23,464 nt of DNA. Source: Candidatus Woesearchaeota archaeon (GTDB lineage: Archaea > Nanobdellota > Nanobdellia > SCGC-AAA011-G17 > JACPIM01). Each line of letters opens with the position of its first letter. The stretch's first letter is position 1. The translations under genes were made by a program, and so were the position numbers. Location: assembly GCA_964513145.1 (NCBI GenBank), contig CAZELK010000008.1, forward strand, positions 16,885 through 40,348, written 5' to 3'. Shown piece by piece: positions 19,902 through 23,464 of this stretch. The notes under the pieces are model-generated. The model saw only the letters and a program-made list of their open reading frames with translations, was not told where the DNA came from and did not search any database.

Positions 19902-21269
19902 CTACAAATCGATATTATACATAGTAAGTTCTTTCAAAAGTGCTTCATTATTGGTAAAAAGGAGGGTGTGCATTCCTGCTTTTTGAGCAGGAACAATATC
20001 CTTATCTTCACTATCTCCAACATAGATTATTTCATTCGGATTGAGTCCTGATTTTTGGATTGCTTGATTAAAAATGTCAAGGTCAGGCTTCATTTTTCCA
20101 ATTTCAAAGGAAGGAATTAAATAATCAAAGCAAGATAATATTCCGAGTTTGTTAAGAATTTTTATTGTAAATTGGTCAACATTCGCAATAAGCCCTATCT
20201 TGAATCCTTTAACTTTTAAATTCATGAGGAGTTGTTTTGTTCCTTCAAAGAGTTCTGACTTGTTTATCAAGTCGTTAATGAACTCTTGTTCTTCCCAGAT
20301 GAACTTGGCAGAGTTTTGAGGTTTGATTTTGGATGTGAGTTCTTTTAGTGCGGATGGCAAGTCTTTGTTTTTTCGAAGGAGGAAGATTTCATTAAATATT
20401 TTAGAGTATTCTTTTGGTGTTAGCGAAATATGATGTTTTGCAAGAAACGCTGATAAATCTATTGTTTCAAGGAAGCTTCTTTTAAGCAGTGTGCCAGAAA
20501 GGTCAAAGAATACTGCTTTGATTTTGTGTTTTGTAATTTCAATTTTGTCGCCTATTCGTATGTTTTTTTCTGAAGCCAAGTTTTGCCTTACTTTAGCTAC
20601 TTCAAGAAGCCCACCAAGTGAGCTTCCGTGATAAAGTGTGAGTGTTCCTGTATCTAAATCCATGAAACGTTCGCTTACTATGGCCTGACCAATACTTTTA
20701 CCGTTGTGTTTAACTTCATAAAATATTCCTTTTTCTATTTTTGGATTGCTGTGTATTTTTGGATTTCCAAAATTATCAATGTGAACTACTGTGTTTTCCT
20801 GAATGACAATTCTCTTAAGCTTATTGATTTCAAAAGGTTCTCCAATTTTTTCAATCTTTTCTTCATCTAATAATTGTACAAGAATTGGACAGTATGCATC
20901 GCGTCCTCCAAAGGGAGATATTGATTGTCGTTTGACATTACGTACTACTTTTATCTTGAAGTCATCTAGAATCCATGTGAGAGTTCCATTGTTTCCTGCT
21001 ACAAAAGTGTGACCTTTAGTAGTTTGTACAACAATTCTCTCGTGACGTTCCTTGTTGGGTGAGCATAATATGAAGAAAATTGTTTCTGGAGGAAACACAT
21101 CGCACAATAGTCTACTCAGGAACGCTGCATTAGTAATGGAGAATTTCTCAACAGAGACTATTGGTGCGATTTCAACGTTTGGGTTTTTAATCAACTTCTT
21201 TAAAGTGCCGAACAGTTCCACTGCTGCGACATCGGCACAATCAGTTATTATGACTACTTCCTTTTTCAT
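19902..21269 (-). CDS. fusion protein: divergent SAM-dependent halogenase/SAM hydroxide adenosyltransferase (DUF62) domain + C-terminal HAD hydrolase
   Basis: Residues 1-~247: IITD, SITNAAF, FPPETIF, FVAGNNGTL, PFGGRDAYCP, VVHIDNFGN, GSSLGGLLEVA, IGDKI. Residues ~248-455: FFDLSGTL, GLIAN, KMKPD, YVGDSEDKDI. Confidence 0.85.
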   Translation of the reverse strand: MKKEVVIITDCADVAAVELFGTLKKLIKNPNVEIAPIVSVEKFSITNAAFLSRLLCDVFPPETIFFILCSPNKERHERIVVQTTKGHTFVAGNNGTLTWILDDFKIKVVRNVKRQSISPFGGRDAYCPILVQLLDEEKIEKIGEPFEINKLKRIVIQENTVVHIDNFGNPKIHSNPKIEKGIFYEVKHNGKSIGQAIVSERFMDLDTGTLTLYHGSSLGGLLEVAKVRQNLASEKNIRIGDKIEITKHKIKAVFFDLSGTLLKRSFLETIDLSAFLAKHHISLTPKEYSKIFNEIFLLRKNKDLPSALKELTSKIKPQNSAKFIWEEQEFINDLINKSELFEGTKQLLMNLKVKGFKIGLIANVDQFTIKILNKLGILSCFDYLIPSFEIGKMKPDLDIFNQAIQKSGLNPNEIIYVGDSEDKDIVPAQKAGMHTLLFTNNEALLKELTMYNIDL

Positions 21270-22129
21270 TGGGAAACTCCTACATTTGCAAGTTGTTTAA
21301 GTTTGTGGAGAAGTTTATCAGTTGTAATTGCTTGCGATTCAACAACATATGTTAAATCTTCTTTAGCCATTCGGTCTTCAATAAGACTATACAACTTTAT
21401 AAGAGGAAGCCGATGATTTCCTATTTTCCACAAGAATGCTTCATCAAGATTATCAAGTGTTAACAGCTCGTCAAGTGCTTTCACAAGCGGACGTTCAAGT
21501 TTGAAATAGAATTTTTTATGTGCTTGCTCTTCAACGTGACTCATTAGTTCTTTTACTGCTTGTGCATTGCTCAGAGGTGAAGCAAGCTCCTCTTCAGTGA
21601 ATCCTGTATGAAGATAAACTCGTTCTTGAAGATATCTTCTAGAATCTGGCTTGCCTGCCATTGCAAGACTTTTATGAATATACATCAACAGTGGTGCAGA
21701 AGGAGTCTCGGGAGTTTGCAATAAATAATTTTCTTCATCACATAACCAAATTTTACGCTTTGCGACATCAGTCCATAGGTCAACATGACGTTTTAGATTA
21801 ATTGGAATACCGTACTGTGCTTTGAACATATTGTTTAATTCTGTACAAAAGTCGTTAAGTTCTCCCCAGCTCGCACTTTGGAAATTCGTGCATAATGTAT
21901 ACGCCTCTGAGAAAAAACCCCTGATTGACCCGAGCCAATGGCGATATCGAGCAAGATATTCTTCAGGAGGCAACAATATTAAATCTTTATCACTTTGCTT
22001 TTTTTGCTCATCATTCCTTGATATTATTTTAATCTTAGAAAATTGCCTTATCTCATCAGAAGTCATCAGAGTATCTAGTGTAAAGACTGGAAGCATTGGC
22101 ATTTGTGGAAACAAAACAGCAGAGTTCAT
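21266..22129 (-). CDS. hypothetical protein (287 aa), no family recognised
   Basis: Long ORF coupled by ATGA overlaps on both sides; helical, soluble composition. Confidence 0.8.
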   Translation of the reverse strand: MNSAVLFPQMPMLPVFTLDTLMTSDEIRQFSKIKIISRNDEQKKQSDKDLILLPPEEYLARYRHWLGSIRGFFSEAYTLCTNFQSASWGELNDFCTELNNMFKAQYGIPINLKRHVDLWTDVAKRKIWLCDEENYLLQTPETPSAPLLMYIHKSLAMAGKPDSRRYLQERVYLHTGFTEEELASPLSNAQAVKELMSHVEEQAHKKFYFKLERPLVKALDELLTLDNLDEAFLWKIGNHRLPLIKLYSLIEDRMAKEDLTYVVESQAITTDKLLHKLKQLANVGVSQ

Positions 22130-23049
22130 TGCTTCACATATCCTCGTTTAAACCACTCTTTGAGTTTGTTCATTGTAAATTTCATGGTTGGTTTTCCTTC
22201 GTAACATTTATCATGGTTAAGTGCATGGCTTTTTGTATCTGCAAAGAATGCAGAGAGTAGTGAGAAATATTTCTTTACTTCTTCTGCTGTTGGGGTGAAT
22301 ACTTGGTTTACTGATTCAGCTTGTTTAGGGTGAATTATTTGTTTTCCAGTTACGCCTATTCTTTTTCCGAATTCACACTCTTTGACAAGTGTTGCGAGGT
22401 CGTTAAATCTACGATATGGTGTATCTAAGACATCAATACCTTGAAGCTTTGCTGCTCTGATTATGTCACAAAGCGCGGTTGTGAGCAGAGGATTTTCATA
22501 CGTGGGACTTCGTTCAATTCCTAGTTCCATTGATAAATCTCCTGCTCCGAACGCAAGTGCATCACCTTCTGATAAAACTTGGGATATATCTCTTATGTTA
22601 TACCAGCCACGCAAAGTTTCAACGAGTGCTATTCTTTTAACGCTCTTTGGAAGAATTTTTGTAATTGTTTCAACTTCTTCAGGTGAATTTATTTTAGTGA
22701 GCATAAATGTGTCAAATTTATAATTTGCTTGTTCAACATCTTGTTTCCAAATTCCTGAATCAGCAGAGTTAATGCGAAGAATATATTCTACTCCTTGTCT
22801 TTTTTGAGGTATGCACAAAATATTTTTTCGTGCATCTTCTTTTTTGTCAAGGGGGATGCTGTCTTCAAGGTCAAATATAACACTATCAATTTGAGTTTTG
22901 TCAAGTTTTTCAAAAAATTCAGGCTTGACTAAAGGCACATAGAGAAGTGAGCGGCGTTTATAGGTGGTAGTGTGCGTCGCCACAACATCTGCTACTTTGG
23001 TCTCTACTTCAAAGGTTGTTTGCGTTGGGGTGTAGATTAACTTTGTCAT
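22126..23049 (-). CDS. HpcH/HpaI aldolase-citrate lyase family (CitE/malyl-CoA lyase-like), 307 aa
   Basis: RRSLLYVP, IFDLEDS, LRINS, LVET, FGAGDL, GKQIIHPKQ, VFTPT; start placed at ATG 23049 because the upstream TTG/GTG lie in a GGTGA Shine-Dalgarno (23055-23059). Confidence 0.9.
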   Translation of the reverse strand: MTKLIYTPTQTTFEVETKVADVVATHTTTYKRRSLLYVPLVKPEFFEKLDKTQIDSVIFDLEDSIPLDKKEDARKNILCIPQKRQGVEYILRINSADSGIWKQDVEQANYKFDTFMLTKINSPEEVETITKILPKSVKRIALVETLRGWYNIRDISQVLSEGDALAFGAGDLSMELGIERSPTYENPLLTTALCDIIRAAKLQGIDVLDTPYRRFNDLATLVKECEFGKRIGVTGKQIIHPKQAESVNQVFTPTAEEVKKYFSLLSAFFADTKSHALNHDKCYEGKPTMKFTMNKLKEWFKRGYVKQ

Positions 23050-23094
23050 AATATTCACCAAATAAAAATTTAATTATTGTTAAGTAATAAATAG

Positions 23095-23102
23095 TATATA
23101 AA
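23095..23102 (-). promoter_or_regulatory. TATA box (TTTATATA) for the islet operon
   Basis: Consensus box about 45 nt upstream of ATG 23049, leaving room for a short SD-containing leader. Confidence 0.5.
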
Positions 23103-23109
23103 CGTTCGC

Positions 23110-23180
23110 TTGGTACTGTCCTAATATAGAAATGTTAAATAAGTGAGCGGAAATCTGCGAGCTTTTAGCTCGCGTACCAA
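23110..23180. other. nested inverted-repeat element: TTGGTAC...GTACCAA enclosing hairpin GCGAGCT-TTT-AGCTCGC
   Basis: Two perfect 7-bp stems (23110-23116/23174-23180 and 23157-23163/23167-23173). Confidence 0.5.
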
Positions 23181-23282
23181 CCTTTAGATTGGAGATGGAT
23201 AGCGATAAATATTCTTTCTCTTTATTATTCTTGTAGTAAAATGATGTGTCCCACAAGAAGGTGAGGCAACATGTTATATTAT

Positions 23283-23364
23283 AGATAAATAATAATTTTG
23301 TCTCTTGTTGTTTTGCCATTAATATTAATTTATGTTTATAGGCTTTCTCTGTTTTTTACCTCCT
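23283..23364 (+). repeat. imperfect direct repeat, copy 2 (right boundary of islet)
   Basis: Matches 19573-19648; the spacer between the two conserved blocks is 6 nt longer. Confidence 0.8.
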
Positions 23365-23464
23365 TTATAAACGTTTATAAAAAACACTACATTTGTAATT
23401 TTCTTAAAGGGCTCTGGTGCAATCCTCTGATAATTATAATAAGATAATTTAGCTTTCTGTCTAA

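Noticed and set aside
23050-23061. TTG/GTG start for the CitE-like gene
   Set aside because: These codons overlap the GGTGA Shine-Dalgarno, which is properly spaced for ATG 23049.
23191-23255. Partial resemblance to a fluoride riboswitch (GGAGATGGATA ... TGATGTGTCCCAC)
   Set aside because: The P1 3' strand and P2 stem are missing at the required positions, and it faces away from the islet genes; an Rfam crcB scan would settle it.
23080-23319. 79-aa minus-strand ORF MAKQQETK...
   Set aside because: It runs through the inverted-repeat element and the promoter, with no protein-like features.
19573-23364. CRISPR interpretation of the ~29-nt repeat
   Set aside because: Only two copies, 3.7 kb apart, with no spacer array or cas genes.

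Overview
AT-rich archaeal chromosome segment, most consistent with a DPANN lineage such as Woesearchaeota or Pacearchaeota. This is inferred from the split RpoB, shortened L30e, tRNA introns at non-canonical positions and reduced operons. Left (1-5000): a GT-C-like membrane protein, a minus-strand WbpB/WbpE-like sugar dehydrogenase + aminotransferase pair with a small hypothetical gene, a HAD phosphatase and two small convergent ORFs (one below the ORF-track cutoff). Middle (5118-19578): PIN-rpoE-[extra Zn-finger-like ORF]-spt4-rps24e-rps27ae, then tandem intron-containing tRNA-Asp(GUC) and tRNA-Lys(UUU, two introns), then rpoH-rpoB''-rpoB'-rpoA'-rpoA''-rpl30e-nusA-rps12-rps7. RpoB'' and RpoA' each carry a ~495-aa LAGLIDADG intein, and the two inteins are homologous along their full length despite sitting at unrelated sites. 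Right (19573-23400): where fusA usually follows rps7 there is a ~3.7-kb islet bounded by imperfect direct repeats. It holds a translationally coupled minus-strand operon with foreign-looking codon usage: a CitE-like lyase, a 287-aa unknown protein, and a SAM-halogenase/hydrolase (DUF62)-HAD fusion whose catalytic motifs are altered. This islet is the best candidate for an undescribed system. All calls are by eye; no database searches were run.
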